NCBI GenBank assembly: GCA_035540555.1
Contig: DATLGJ010000043.1
Span: 36,007-100,006 of the forward strand
From: Candidatus Limnocylindrales bacterium
Lineage (GTDB): Bacteria; Chloroflexota; Limnocylindria; Limnocylindrales; CSP1-4
Length of the DNA stretch: 64,000 bases
Direction of reading: 5' to 3'
Translations under genes and position numbers: made by a program
Part shown: positions 20,083-28,669 of the stretch, one piece after another
How the letters are laid out: each line of letters opens with the position of its first letter
Numbering within the stretch: the first letter of the stretch is position 1
The notes under the pieces: generated by a model
The model's database searches: none
What the model was told of the DNA's origin: nothing
The model's input: only the letters and a program-made list of their open reading frames with translations

Positions 20083-21119
20083 CGGTTGCCCGGACGGTGG
20101 TGATCGCCTATGCCGGCGCCCTGCTGCTGCAGACCGTTCAGCACCTCCTGTGGCCCCAGCGCGACGGGATGCTCGCCATCGCTCAGGTCGGCGCACCGCA
20201 CCTCTTTGCGCCGCTCGTCGTGCTCCTGCCGGCGGCACTGGTCATGCGCAGGCGGGCGCTGCTGGCAGTGGTTGCCGTGGCCGCGCTCGTCGGTGCCCTG
20301 CGCTTCGGGCCAGCCATGATCGCGTTGCCGCCAGGCGTGCCGGCTGCGCACGCGCCGCTGCACGTGGCGACCTGGAACCTGGCCGCCGGCGAGGCGAGTG
20401 CGCGCGACGTGGTCGACCGCCTGCTGGCCTCGGACGCAGAGGTGGTGGCCCTGCCCGAGCTGACCCCGCCGCATGCCTTCGCGATCGAGGCATCGCCAGA
20501 GTTGCGCGCCCGCTTCCCCCATCGCCTGCTGGCGCCGCATCACGGTGTCCTGGGGATGGGCCTTCTCAGCGCTCATCCGCTGCGCGAGCGCCAACGCAGC
20601 ACTGATCCGCCGCACATCCTGGCCGAGCTCCAGGCGCCGTCCGGCCCACCGATCGTCACGCTGGCGGCCCACCCGCTGCCGCCCCGGTTCGGCCTTGCCG
20701 GGGGCGCATTGCCGGTCGGCTACGCCGCTGAGGGCCGGGACCATGACCTGGCTCACCTGCGTTCGATGTTCGAGCACCACCTGGCGGCCGGCCGACCTGT
20801 ACTGGTGCTGGGCGACCTGAACGTGACCGATCGTGAGGTCGCCTACGGGGAGTTCACGGCCGGCCTGGTCGACAGTCACCGGCGGGTGGGCGTGGGGCCC
20901 GGCAGCACCTGGCGTCCGCTGCGCCTGTCGGCGCTGCCCCTGGGCATCCTGCGCATTGACTATGTGCTGACAGGCGGACCGCTCGAGCCACTCTCGATCT
21001 CGACCGAGTGCACGCCGGCGACCGGCGACCACTGCATCGTCTGGGCAACCCTGGCATTACTCGGCCAAGCTGCCGGACCAGAGGCGAGCGCACCACCCCT
21101 CGCGCTGGGAGCCCCTTGA
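20079..21119 (+). CDS. endonuclease/exonuclease/phosphatase (EEP) family protein with N-terminal TM segments
   Basis: ATWNLAAGE, VVALPELT, LVLGDLNVTDRE, RIDYVL and GDHCIVWATL. The GTG start overlaps the EamA stop (GTGA). Confidence 0.8.
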   Translation: MTVARTVVIAYAGALLLQTVQHLLWPQRDGMLAIAQVGAPHLFAPLVVLLPAALVMRRRALLAVVAVAALVGALRFGPAMIALPPGVPAAHAPLHVATWNLAAGEASARDVVDRLLASDAEVVALPELTPPHAFAIEASPELRARFPHRLLAPHHGVLGMGLLSAHPLRERQRSTDPPHILAELQAPSGPPIVTLAAHPLPPRFGLAGGALPVGYAAEGRDHDLAHLRSMFEHHLAAGRPVLVLGDLNVTDREVAYGEFTAGLVDSHRRVGVGPGSTWRPLRLSALPLGILRIDYVLTGGPLEPLSISTECTPATGDHCIVWATLALLGQAAGPEASAPPLALGAP

Positions 21120-21166
21120 AGCGCCGCCTGACGCCGTCCTGAACTTCGCCGCCGGCCTATCATTCG

Positions 21167-22327
21167 GTGCCCATGCCCGGCATCTCGCGCAAGGCTGACA
21201 CCTTCACCGAGTCGGTCATCCGGGAGATGACGCGCCTGGCGATGGCCAACGAGGCGGTCAATCTGGCCCAGGGCTTCCCCGACTTCGCCGGCCCGGCAGA
21301 GCTCAAAGAGGCCGCCAAGTCAGCCATCGATGCCGATATCAACCAGTACGCCATCACCTGGGGCGCGCGGGACTTCCGGCAGGCCATCGCGGCGAAGACG
21401 GCGCGCTTCCATCCGGATTGGCTGGTGGACCCCGAGACGGACATCACGGTCACCTGCGGCGCCACCGAGGGAATGATTGCGGCCATGCTGGCGCTGCTCG
21501 ACCCCGGCGACGAGGTGATCGTCTTCGAGCCGTTCTACGAGAACTACGGCCCCGACGCCATCCTGTCCGGGGCCGTGCCGCGCTACGTCACCCTGCACGA
21601 GCCCGACTGGTCCATCGACGAGGATCAGCTGCGCGGGGCCTTCGGGGCGCGCACTCGGGGGCTCGTGCTCAACACGCCGCACAACCCGACCGGCAAGGTC
21701 TTCAGCCGGACCGAGCTGGAGCTGATCGCACGGCTGTGCATCGAAAACGACGTTGTGTGCTTCACCGACGACATCTACGAGCACATCCTCTACGACGGCG
21801 AGCACATCCCGATGGCCACGCTGCCCGGCATGGCCGATCGCACCGTTGCCATCAACTCGCTCTCCAAGACGTACTCGGTCACGGGCTGGCGGGTGGGCTG
21901 GGTCATCGCTCCGCGGCCGCTGACGGCCGCCATCCGCAAGGTGCACGACTTCCTGACCGTCGGTGCGGCGGCGCCTCTTCAGGCGGCTGGCGCAGTGGCG
22001 CTGTCCATGCCGGACGGCTACTACGAGGCACTGGCAGCCGGTTACCGCGAGCGCCGGGATGTGCTGATGGCGGCATTGGACGCGGCCGGCTTTCGGGCAT
22101 CCCCGCCCGACGGCGCGTACTACGTGATGACCGACATCAGCGGCCTGACCGACGAGGATGACGTCACGTTTGCGCGCCGCCTGACTGCCTCGCCCGGCGT
22201 GGCGACGGTGCCCGGCTCCTCGTTCTACTCGCGCCCTGAGCTGGGTCGGTCCAAGGTCCGGTTCGCCTTCCCAAAGAAGGTCGAGACGCTCAACGCGGCG
22301 GCCGAGAGACTGCTCGCGCTTCGCTAG
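21167..22327 (+). CDS. PLP-dependent aminotransferase, class I/II (YbdL/MalY/kynurenine aminotransferase-like)
   Basis: NLAQGFPDF, NTPHNPTGKVF, and NSLSKTYSVTGWRVGW (PLP lysine). The start is GTG 21167 or ATG 21173. A TATCAT box lies at 21158-21163. Confidence 0.9.
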   Translation: MPMPGISRKADTFTESVIREMTRLAMANEAVNLAQGFPDFAGPAELKEAAKSAIDADINQYAITWGARDFRQAIAAKTARFHPDWLVDPETDITVTCGATEGMIAAMLALLDPGDEVIVFEPFYENYGPDAILSGAVPRYVTLHEPDWSIDEDQLRGAFGARTRGLVLNTPHNPTGKVFSRTELELIARLCIENDVVCFTDDIYEHILYDGEHIPMATLPGMADRTVAINSLSKTYSVTGWRVGWVIAPRPLTAAIRKVHDFLTVGAAAPLQAAGAVALSMPDGYYEALAAGYRERRDVLMAALDAAGFRASPPDGAYYVMTDISGLTDEDDVTFARRLTASPGVATVPGSSFYSRPELGRSKVRFAFPKKVETLNAAAERLLALR

Positions 22328-22460
22328 CTGAGGGCGGCCGGTGCGAGCCGGCGCCGACAGGGTCTGTTCGCCCGCGCCGAACAAACCGGGGCGCATCGGG
22401 CAATCAGGCGTCGTGGCGGTGAGCTTGGCCCGCGTCCGTTCGAGGGTGTCGAACAAGTCG

Positions 22461-22513
22461 CGGGGAGGTAGACGTCCGTGGGACTTACGCCGCGCTCCGT
22501 CCCCGTTTCTTTG
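22461..22513 (+). terminator. candidate intrinsic terminator (irregular hairpin plus TTTCTTTG)
   Basis: CGGGGA (22461-66) pairs with TCCCCG (22500-05), with extra GG/CC pairs and an inner GTCC-gtg-GGAC stem. It is followed by TTTCTTTG, a rare T-rich run in this sequence. Confidence 0.35.
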
Positions 22514-22544
22514 CCCTCGGCGAACGTGGCGCCGTTCTCGCGGG

Positions 22545-23159
22545 CTAGATGAAGACGATGGCGTTGGCGCCGGGGTCGCGCCCGCGCGACAGCGCGGCCA
22601 TCGCTACTCTGGTGTCCAGCGGGAAGGCGTCGCGCAGCAGCTCCCTGACGGCCTTCAGGGCGCGCCGATTGTGCTCGGAGTCCCTGAGCACGACGATCAG
22701 ACAATCTGTCTGCCCGTCGCGCTGCTTGAGGTGCAGCTGGCGAAGCTGCGCCTGGCAATCGTGAAGTCGGGTGATGAGCTCGATGGCGCAGCGGCAGCCG
22801 GGCAGCATGAGGACGGCATCGAACGCCCGTCGGTCTGCCGGGTCACCTGTCACGGCCTGCTCTACCTTGATCGCCAGCCCCACAGGCAGCCGGCTGCGGA
22901 AGGACGTCCACATCCGCACCTGGCCGGCATCGCGGAGAGGCTCGCCTTCCGGATAGACCCTGACTCGCGCCCGCATCCCGACTGCGGCTGCATGCATCGC
23001 CAGCCGATCCGGTCGCGGCCCGGGCTCGGCGCCCCTTTCCACCCCCAGCACGACCGATGGCGCGCAGCCCACTCGCTGGGCCACCTCACGAAGAGTCAGG
23101 CCGGCGATCAGCCGCGCAGTCCGCAGATCCTCGCCCAGCTCGGCGAGGTCACGATGCAT
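22545..23159 (-). CDS. XRE-type HTH protein with uncharacterised C-terminal domain (restriction-endonuclease-fold-like pattern)
   Basis: C-terminal 204 codons of ORF 22545..23564, from ATG 23159. The HTH is LRTARLIAGLTLREVAQRVGCAPSVVLGVERG. The C-domain has E100...D114...E127 on predicted strands (KVEQAV, AFDAVLML, AIELITRL). The upstream part of the ORF is antisense to chaB. Confidence 0.7.
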   Translation of the reverse strand: MHRDLAELGEDLRTARLIAGLTLREVAQRVGCAPSVVLGVERGAEPGPRPDRLAMHAAAVGMRARVRVYPEGEPLRDAGQVRMWTSFRSRLPVGLAIKVEQAVTGDPADRRAFDAVLMLPGCRCAIELITRLHDCQAQLRQLHLKQRDGQTDCLIVVLRDSEHNRRALKAVRELLRDAFPLDTRVAMAALSRGRDPGANAIVFI

Positions 23160-23274
23160 GAGCCAGACAGATCGCTCGATGCGGCGCTCTCTACCGGCCA
23201 TAGCCAGGACGCTAGGGGGAGACGCTTGCCAGCGACTTGCCATCGCCTGCACTGTCGTTTCACGAGCGATGTGG

Positions 23275-23661
23275 TTAGCCCTGCTTGCGGGCGATTGCCC
23301 GGGCCAGCTCCTTCTTGTCCATCTTCGAACGACCGTCGACGTCGAGTTTCTTGGCGCGCTCGTACAGCTCCTGTTTCGTCGAGCCGAAGTAGTCGACGCC
23401 GCCGAAGGTCTCGCCCTTGCCCTCGCGAGCCTCCTTGCCACCCCGCGCGGCACGCGGGTCGGACGGGCCTTTCTCGTCCTTGGGCTCCCAGTGGTCGTCG
23501 ACCTTCTCAAATGAGTGCTTGACCGCCGCGAACGCCGTGCGGTGCGCTCGTTCGCCCTCGCCATACGAGTCGACGGCGTTGTCGTGGGACTTGATCCAGG
23601 TGCGCTGTGCCTTTGCGGGCGACCGCTTCAGCGTCCCCGGGAGCTCTTTCTTGCCGGGCAT
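23275..23661 (-). CDS. ChaB-family protein with C-terminal Rho_N/SAP-like helix-extended-helix
   Basis: LPGTLKRSPAKAQRTWIKSHDNAVDSYGEGERAHRTAFAAVKHSFEKV is ChaB-like. The C-terminal segment is STKQELYERAKKLDVDGRSKMDKKELARAIA. A strong RBS GGAGGTGATGA sits before the ATG. Confidence 0.8.
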   Translation of the reverse strand: MPGKKELPGTLKRSPAKAQRTWIKSHDNAVDSYGEGERAHRTAFAAVKHSFEKVDDHWEPKDEKGPSDPRAARGGKEAREGKGETFGGVDYFGSTKQELYERAKKLDVDGRSKMDKKELARAIARKQG

Positions 23662-23732
23662 TCATCACCTCCAGCGCCGATCGTCGCCGCGCCGGGCAAC
23701 GTTGGTATTGGCAGGCGGCCCGGGGAGCGTTG

Positions 23733-23755
23733 CAGTCGGGTTGTGATCCCGACTG
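23733..23755 (+). promoter_or_regulatory. perfect 8-bp inverted repeat 14 nt upstream of the ppc start
   Basis: CAGTCGGG-ttgtgat-CCCGACTG in the chaB/ppc divergent region. It could be a 5'-UTR hairpin or a dimeric operator. Confidence 0.3.
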
Positions 23756-23768
23756 TAGGCTGGGCATC

Positions 23769-26522
23769 GTGCCCAGCCAACGCCCGCGCTCGAGGCGGTC
23801 CGACAACCCGGCGATCCGCGCCGAGCCGCGAGGGATCGGGACGGCCCGTGCGCGCGATCCGCTGGCACGCGAGGTCAAGCTGCTGGGCGCGCTGCTGGGC
23901 CAGGTGATCGTCGAGCAGGCGGGCCTGGCCGCGCTGGAGCTCGTCGAGCGAGTGCGCAAGTCGACGATCGCCATTCGGCGGCACGGGCCGGGCTCGGCGG
24001 CAGGACGGAGCCAGCGCGAACGGCTGACCGCCGAGCTCGATGCGATCGGGCTGCCTGAGGCCGAGGTGCTCATCCGCGCTTTCAGCCTGTACTTCCAGCT
24101 GACCAACCTGGCCGAGGAGAAGCAACGCATCCGCGCGCTTCGCCAGCGCCTTCGAACCGGCGCCCGGGGTGCCGTGGATGAGTCGGTGGTCGCCGCAGTC
24201 CTGGGCATGCGGCGTCGGGGCGTTCGCGGCGAGGAGGCTGACCGACTGATGAGGGGCCTGTCGATTGCGCCGGTGCTGACCGCGCACCCCACCGAAGCTC
24301 GGCGACGAACGACCCTCGTCGCCCTGCGCCGCGTCTACCGCCTGCTCGACCGGCTCGACGACCCGCGGCTCACCCCCGCCGAGGATGCCCACGCCAGGCG
24401 CCGTCTGCGCGAGGAGATCACGCTGCTGTGGCACACCTCGCCCATCCGCGTGGTCGCCCCGGGACCTCTCGACGAGGTGCGCAGCGCGATGGCCATCTTC
24501 GACGAGACGCTTTTCGTGGTGACGCCGCGGTTGTACCGCGCGCTCGAGCAGGCGCGCCTCCAGTCAGCCGGCGGGGAGCCAACGCGCGAAGGAGCCGTGC
24601 CGCCACGGACGCACGCTTACCTGCACTGGGGATCCTGGATCGGTGGTGACCGCGACGGTAACCCCAACGTGACCGCCGCCACGACTCGCCAGGCGCTGCA
24701 CATCCAGGCCGACCACGTGCTGCGTGCCTACGAGGCCGTGTGCCGGCGGCTGATGGAAACGTTCTCGGTGCGCGCGCCGGAGGATGGCGCGCTGGCTGAG
24801 CGGCTGGCCGCGGACGCCGCCGAGCTCCCGCATACAGCCAGGGAGCTGGACCGCCGCTTCCCGGGGGAGCCGTTCCGGCGCCGGCTCGGCTACATCGCGG
24901 AGCGCATCCGGCGTACCCGGCTGCGCCTGACCAGCGCTGAGGCGCCGCCCGCCGAGGCTATCGTCGGCGGCTATCCCACCCCTTTCGCCCTCTCCGCCGC
25001 GCTCGACGAACTGGCCGAGCAGATGTCCACGGCGGGGCTGGATCGGGCGGTGTACGGGGAGCTTCAGAGCCTGCGCTGGCAGCTCGAGACGTTCGGGTTC
25101 CACGGCCTGTCCCTCGAGGTGCGCCAGCACAGCGAGGTGCACTCTGCGGCGCTTGCCGGCAGAGACCCCACCGGGGACACCCTCGAGACTTTCCGCGCAA
25201 TCGCCGAGATCCAGCGGCGCTTTGGCGAGGCGGCGCTGCATCGCTACGTGATCAGCTTCACCCGCTCCGCGGCCGACGCCGTGGCCGTTCTGGAGCTGGC
25301 CCGCCGGGCCGCTGGGTCGGCCGTGCCGGCCCTCGACGTCGTCCCGCTCTTCGAGTCGGCCGATGCGCTGGAGAGTTGCGGGCAGATCGTTGAGGAGCTG
25401 CTCACCGAGCCGTCGTATCGGGCGCACCTGGAGCGTCGGGGCCGCCGGCAGGAGGTCATGCTCGGCTACTCGGATTCGACCAAGGAGTCAGGCGCCCTGG
25501 CCGCGGCCTGGATGCTCTACCGGGCCCAGGAGCAGCTGATCGAGGTGTGCCGGCGGCACGGCGTCGAGCTGGCCCTGTTCCACGGCCGCGGCGGAGCCCT
25601 CGGCAGGGGAGGTGGGCCGATGACGCGTGCGATCCTGGCCCAGGCGCCGGGCTCGGTCGACGGCCGGCTCAAGCTGACCGAGCAGGGCGAGGTGATCGCC
25701 GACCGCTATGCCAACCCCGCGATCGCGCTGCGCCACCTCGAACAGCTGACCTACGCCGTCCTGCAGGCGTCGACGCCAGCGCACGAGGAACAGCTGCGGG
25801 CGGCCGCCGCGGGCGGCCGCCAGGTCCTGGACGAGCTTGCCAAGAACGCGCGGTCCGCCTATAGGGCGCTGGTCTGGGAGAACCCCGGTTTCGAGGAGCA
25901 CTTCCGTCGGGCGACGCCCATCAGCGAGCTGTCCGGGATGGGCATCGGCTCCCGCCCGGCCGCACGGTCTGGGCGCGCACAGGCGCCCGAGCTGGACGCC
26001 CTTCGCGCGATCCCGTGGGTCTTCGCCTGGTCCCAGTCACGGGCCAACCTGCCCGGCTGGTACGGCACCGGGTCGGCGCTGGCCGAATACAGAAGGCGTC
26101 ACAGGGGCAGCGGCCTGCGGCGGCTGCGCGAGCTCTACCGATCGTGGCCCTTCTTCGCCAGCGCCCTGGACAACGCCGAGCTGGTCCTGGCCCGCGCCGA
26201 CATGGCCATCGCGGAGCGCTACGCGTCGCTGGCCGGCGAAACGGGGCGGCCCATCTGGGAGAGCATCCAGACCGAGTACGAGCGCACGGTCGAGCAGATC
26301 CTCGACCTCACCGGCCGGAAACGGCTGCTTGACGACATGCCGGTCCTGCAGCGCTCGATCGAGCTGCGCAACCCGTACGTCGATTCGCTGTCCGAGATGC
26401 AGGTCCTGCTCCTTGGCCGGGTGCGCCGCATGCCCGACGACGACCCGCAGCGGCGCGAGTTGCTGCGCCTCGTGCACCTGACGGTGAGCGGCGTCGCCGC
26501 CGGCCTGCAGAGCACCGGCTGA
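23769..26522 (+). CDS. ppc: phosphoenolpyruvate carboxylase
   Basis: PVLTAHPTEARRRT, LGYSDSTKESGAL, FHGRGGALGRGGGP and the C-terminal ...AAGLQSTG. I prefer the in-frame GTG at 23769, because ORF 23607.. would overlap chaB and is Arg-rich. Confidence 0.95.
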   Translation: MPSQRPRSRRSDNPAIRAEPRGIGTARARDPLAREVKLLGALLGQVIVEQAGLAALELVERVRKSTIAIRRHGPGSAAGRSQRERLTAELDAIGLPEAEVLIRAFSLYFQLTNLAEEKQRIRALRQRLRTGARGAVDESVVAAVLGMRRRGVRGEEADRLMRGLSIAPVLTAHPTEARRRTTLVALRRVYRLLDRLDDPRLTPAEDAHARRRLREEITLLWHTSPIRVVAPGPLDEVRSAMAIFDETLFVVTPRLYRALEQARLQSAGGEPTREGAVPPRTHAYLHWGSWIGGDRDGNPNVTAATTRQALHIQADHVLRAYEAVCRRLMETFSVRAPEDGALAERLAADAAELPHTARELDRRFPGEPFRRRLGYIAERIRRTRLRLTSAEAPPAEAIVGGYPTPFALSAALDELAEQMSTAGLDRAVYGELQSLRWQLETFGFHGLSLEVRQHSEVHSAALAGRDPTGDTLETFRAIAEIQRRFGEAALHRYVISFTRSAADAVAVLELARRAAGSAVPALDVVPLFESADALESCGQIVEELLTEPSYRAHLERRGRRQEVMLGYSDSTKESGALAAAWMLYRAQEQLIEVCRRHGVELALFHGRGGALGRGGGPMTRAILAQAPGSVDGRLKLTEQGEVIADRYANPAIALRHLEQLTYAVLQASTPAHEEQLRAAAAGGRQVLDELAKNARSAYRALVWENPGFEEHFRRATPISELSGMGIGSRPAARSGRAQAPELDALRAIPWVFAWSQSRANLPGWYGTGSALAEYRRRHRGSGLRRLRELYRSWPFFASALDNAELVLARADMAIAERYASLAGETGRPIWESIQTEYERTVEQILDLTGRKRLLDDMPVLQRSIELRNPYVDSLSEMQVLLLGRVRRMPDDDPQRRELLRLVHLTVSGVAAGLQSTG

Positions 26523-27227
26523 GCCGAGCTGCGGCTGGAGCTCGAGCCACAGGTATTCGCGCGGGCTCAGCCCGGAGGCCTGGATGTGGGCTGCCTTGTC
26601 GCGCCCGAAATAGCGGTAGTGCCACGGCTCCGGCTGGTAGCAGGTCCAGTGCGGGCTGCGGCCAGGCGGGTAGCTCATCAGGAACCCGAACCGCCAGGCG
26701 TTGTCGGCCAGCCAGCCGTGGTCACCGCCCAGGTCGACCGCCGTGCCCAGCTGGTGTTCGGAGTGGCCGGGTCGCGCAACCGAGCGTAACGCCCTGGCCT
26801 CGCCCTGCTCGGCCACGGCCCGCTCGTAGAGCGCGGACTGATGGCGGTGGCTGCGGTAGCCACTGTTCAGGTCCAACCGCCGACCCTCGGCGCGTGCCGC
26901 CCTCAGCATCGCTCGCAGGTCGCCGACTGCGGCCGCACGCAGTCGGACGGACCGCCCTTTCCAGTGGACATCGACCAGGTCGGGCGGGGCGTAGCCGGCC
27001 GGCAGGCGGTGCTCGGTGTCGAGAAGTGTGTCGGCCCACTGGTCGTGGCCGGCCGCGGGCGCCGGTCGGTCACCGACCACGCAGGCGGGGAGCGCGGTCG
27101 GCGGAGGAGGGCCCTGATGGGCGACCACGCCGCGGTAGGCAAGGCCGGGCGCGATGACAGCGGCACCGACGGCGAGGAGGACGGCAAGCAGCCGGCGCGG
27201 CTGGTGTGGATCGGGCTTCATTTGCAT
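26037..27227 (-). CDS. VanY-type D-alanyl-D-alanine carboxypeptidase (peptidase M15B); the conserved part ends near 26530 but the frame has no stop until 26037
   Basis: N-terminal TM/signal LLAVLLAVGAAVIAPGLA. Also SGYRSHRHQSALY, ARPGHSEHQLGTAVD and EPWHYRYFG. The last ~165 codons are antisense to ppc and low-complexity (see finding). Confidence 0.65.
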   Translation of the reverse strand: MQMKPDPHQPRRLLAVLLAVGAAVIAPGLAYRGVVAHQGPPPPTALPACVVGDRPAPAAGHDQWADTLLDTEHRLPAGYAPPDLVDVHWKGRSVRLRAAAVGDLRAMLRAARAEGRRLDLNSGYRSHRHQSALYERAVAEQGEARALRSVARPGHSEHQLGTAVDLGGDHGWLADNAWRFGFLMSYPPGRSPHWTCYQPEPWHYRYFGRDKAAHIQASGLSPREYLWLELQPQLGSAGALQAGGDAAHRQVHEAQQLAPLRVVVGHAAHPAKEQDLHLGQRIDVRVAQLDRALQDRHVVKQPFPAGEVEDLLDRALVLGLDALPDGPPRFAGQRRVALRDGHVGAGQDQLGVVQGAGEEGPRSVELAQPPQAAAPVTPSVFGQRRPGAVPAGQVGP

Positions 27228-27322
27228 GACCCGATCGTCGAGTCGCGCCGGTCGCGCTCCAATCGACCGGTTCCACGAAGCCGATTAGGGGAAATCCCCG
27301 ATCGGAAGCGTCGCCGCCCGAT

Positions 27323-28669
27323 GTGACAATGCGGCCGATGCTTGATCGACCGGCTGACCGTATAGCCGCCCTGCTCGCGCTTGCCGCTATTGCCCTGTCC
27401 GTTGTATCGGCGGGCGGGCTCTGGGCGTATGGCTGGTTGTTCGTCGCAGGGGGAGTCGCGATGCTGGTGGTGGGATCCTGGTGGCTCTCCCGTCAGGCTC
27501 CAGGGGCGCCTTTCCGCGAGCTGGCAGTGCCGGTCTCGGTTGCAACCGTCATGCCCGTCTTCGGCGCAGTGATGAGCACCGGTGCCTTTGGCGATCCGCT
27601 CTCGGTCGTGCCATGGCTGTTGGTCGGCGCCGCCAGCGGGGTGGTGGGCGCCGGACTAGCCGACCGCCTGCCTGAGCGCCATCGGATCCCCGGGCGAGTC
27701 CTGGCGCTTGCCCTGGCCGCGTCCGGCGCCGGCCTGGGCGTCGTCTCCGGTTTCATATGGGATCCCTCGGGAGCGCAGTCGGTCGTAGCCCTGGCCGGCG
27801 TGCTGGCCATCGCCGCCTCCACAGCTGCGCCGGGAATCCTGGCCGGCGCCGAGTGGCGAGCATCCCCGTCCGAGCCGGGACGCAGCGTGGTCTCAGCGCT
27901 CGAGGTTGGTGTCATCGGACTGACCCCCGCGATCGCGCTGTTGACGCTGTGGAGCGGCTGGCCGGTGGCCCTTTCGCCCCGTGCCCTCCTGCCGCTGTTG
28001 CTGTGGATTGCTTTCGTGCTTGCGGGCCAGTTTCTCGCAGTGAGGCCACTCGCCCGCACGGCCTCGGTCGCCACCACGCAGCGCGACCTTGTCGTGGCGG
28101 CAATGGAGGCCGAGCGATCACGCATCGCGGCGGATATCCATGACGACGCGCTGCAGGAGCTGACCCTGCTCGCGTGGCAGCTCGACAGCAGCGGGCAAGG
28201 GGAGGGCGCGAGGACCGCGCGCGAGATCGCCGATCGGCTGCGCTCCATCTGCGGCGATCTCCGCCTGCCGATCCTCGATGACCTGGGCACCGGGCCTGCG
28301 CTCGAGTGGCTCGTCGAGCGCGTCGCGCGGCTTGCCGGAGGCGAGGTGCGGCTCGAGCGCGGCGACCAGGTGCGGCCGCCGGCCGACGTGGAGCTGGCCT
28401 TCTTCCGGGTGGCCCAGGAGGCGCTATCCAATGCCGTGCGCCACGGCCGGCCGCCGATCGTGGTGCGTTACTGGACCAGCCCGTCGGGTGCCTCACTGTC
28501 GATTGATGACGCGGGCGGCGGCTTCGACCCGGTGCGGGCTGAGGCCGGAGATGGCCACTTCGGGCTGCTCAACATGCGCCAGCGCGCAGAGCAGGTCGGC
28601 GCTCTGCTCGACATCCGTCGGTGGCCGAGCGGTGGAACGCAGGTCGCTCTCGAGTGGCGGGCGCAGTGA
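27323..28669 (+). CDS. sensor histidine kinase, HisKA_3/NarL-partner type, multi-TM N-terminal domain
   Basis: H-box ERSRIAADIHDDALQEL, N-box EALSNAVRHG, G-box DDAGGGF...GHFGLLNMRQRAE. There are about 6-7 hydrophobic spans in the first 230 aa. GTG start. Confidence 0.85.
   Translation: MTMRPMLDRPADRIAALLALAAIALSVVSAGGLWAYGWLFVAGGVAMLVVGSWWLSRQAPGAPFRELAVPVSVATVMPVFGAVMSTGAFGDPLSVVPWLLVGAASGVVGAGLADRLPERHRIPGRVLALALAASGAGLGVVSGFIWDPSGAQSVVALAGVLAIAASTAAPGILAGAEWRASPSEPGRSVVSALEVGVIGLTPAIALLTLWSGWPVALSPRALLPLLLWIAFVLAGQFLAVRPLARTASVATTQRDLVVAAMEAERSRIAADIHDDALQELTLLAWQLDSSGQGEGARTAREIADRLRSICGDLRLPILDDLGTGPALEWLVERVARLAGGEVRLERGDQVRPPADVELAFFRVAQEALSNAVRHGRPPIVVRYWTSPSGASLSIDDAGGGFDPVRAEAGDGHFGLLNMRQRAEQVGALLDIRRWPSGGTQVALEWRAQ

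Noticed and set aside
23607-23768. The N-terminal 54 codons of the ppc ORF. Analogous 5' extensions are 52920-53144 (treS), 43250-43519 (Mo enzyme), 43731-44579 (Fur), 32472-33242 (permease), 45490-45708 (cbiO) and 28621-28665 (response regulator).
   Set aside because: The extensions overlap neighbouring genes, are Arg/Pro-rich, and lie outside the conserved family N-termini. Internal ATG/GTG starts give canonical N-termini and 4-nt couplings.
27288-27299. The GGGGAAATCCCC quasi-palindrome in the VanY / histidine-kinase divergent region, as a response-regulator box.
   Set aside because: It is short and imperfect in its extended arms, and there is no second copy in the window. The evidence is insufficient.
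27538-27545. A third copy of GTTGCAAC, inside the histidine kinase gene.
   Set aside because: It is a single octamer within coding sequence. It is expected by chance and is not an operator.
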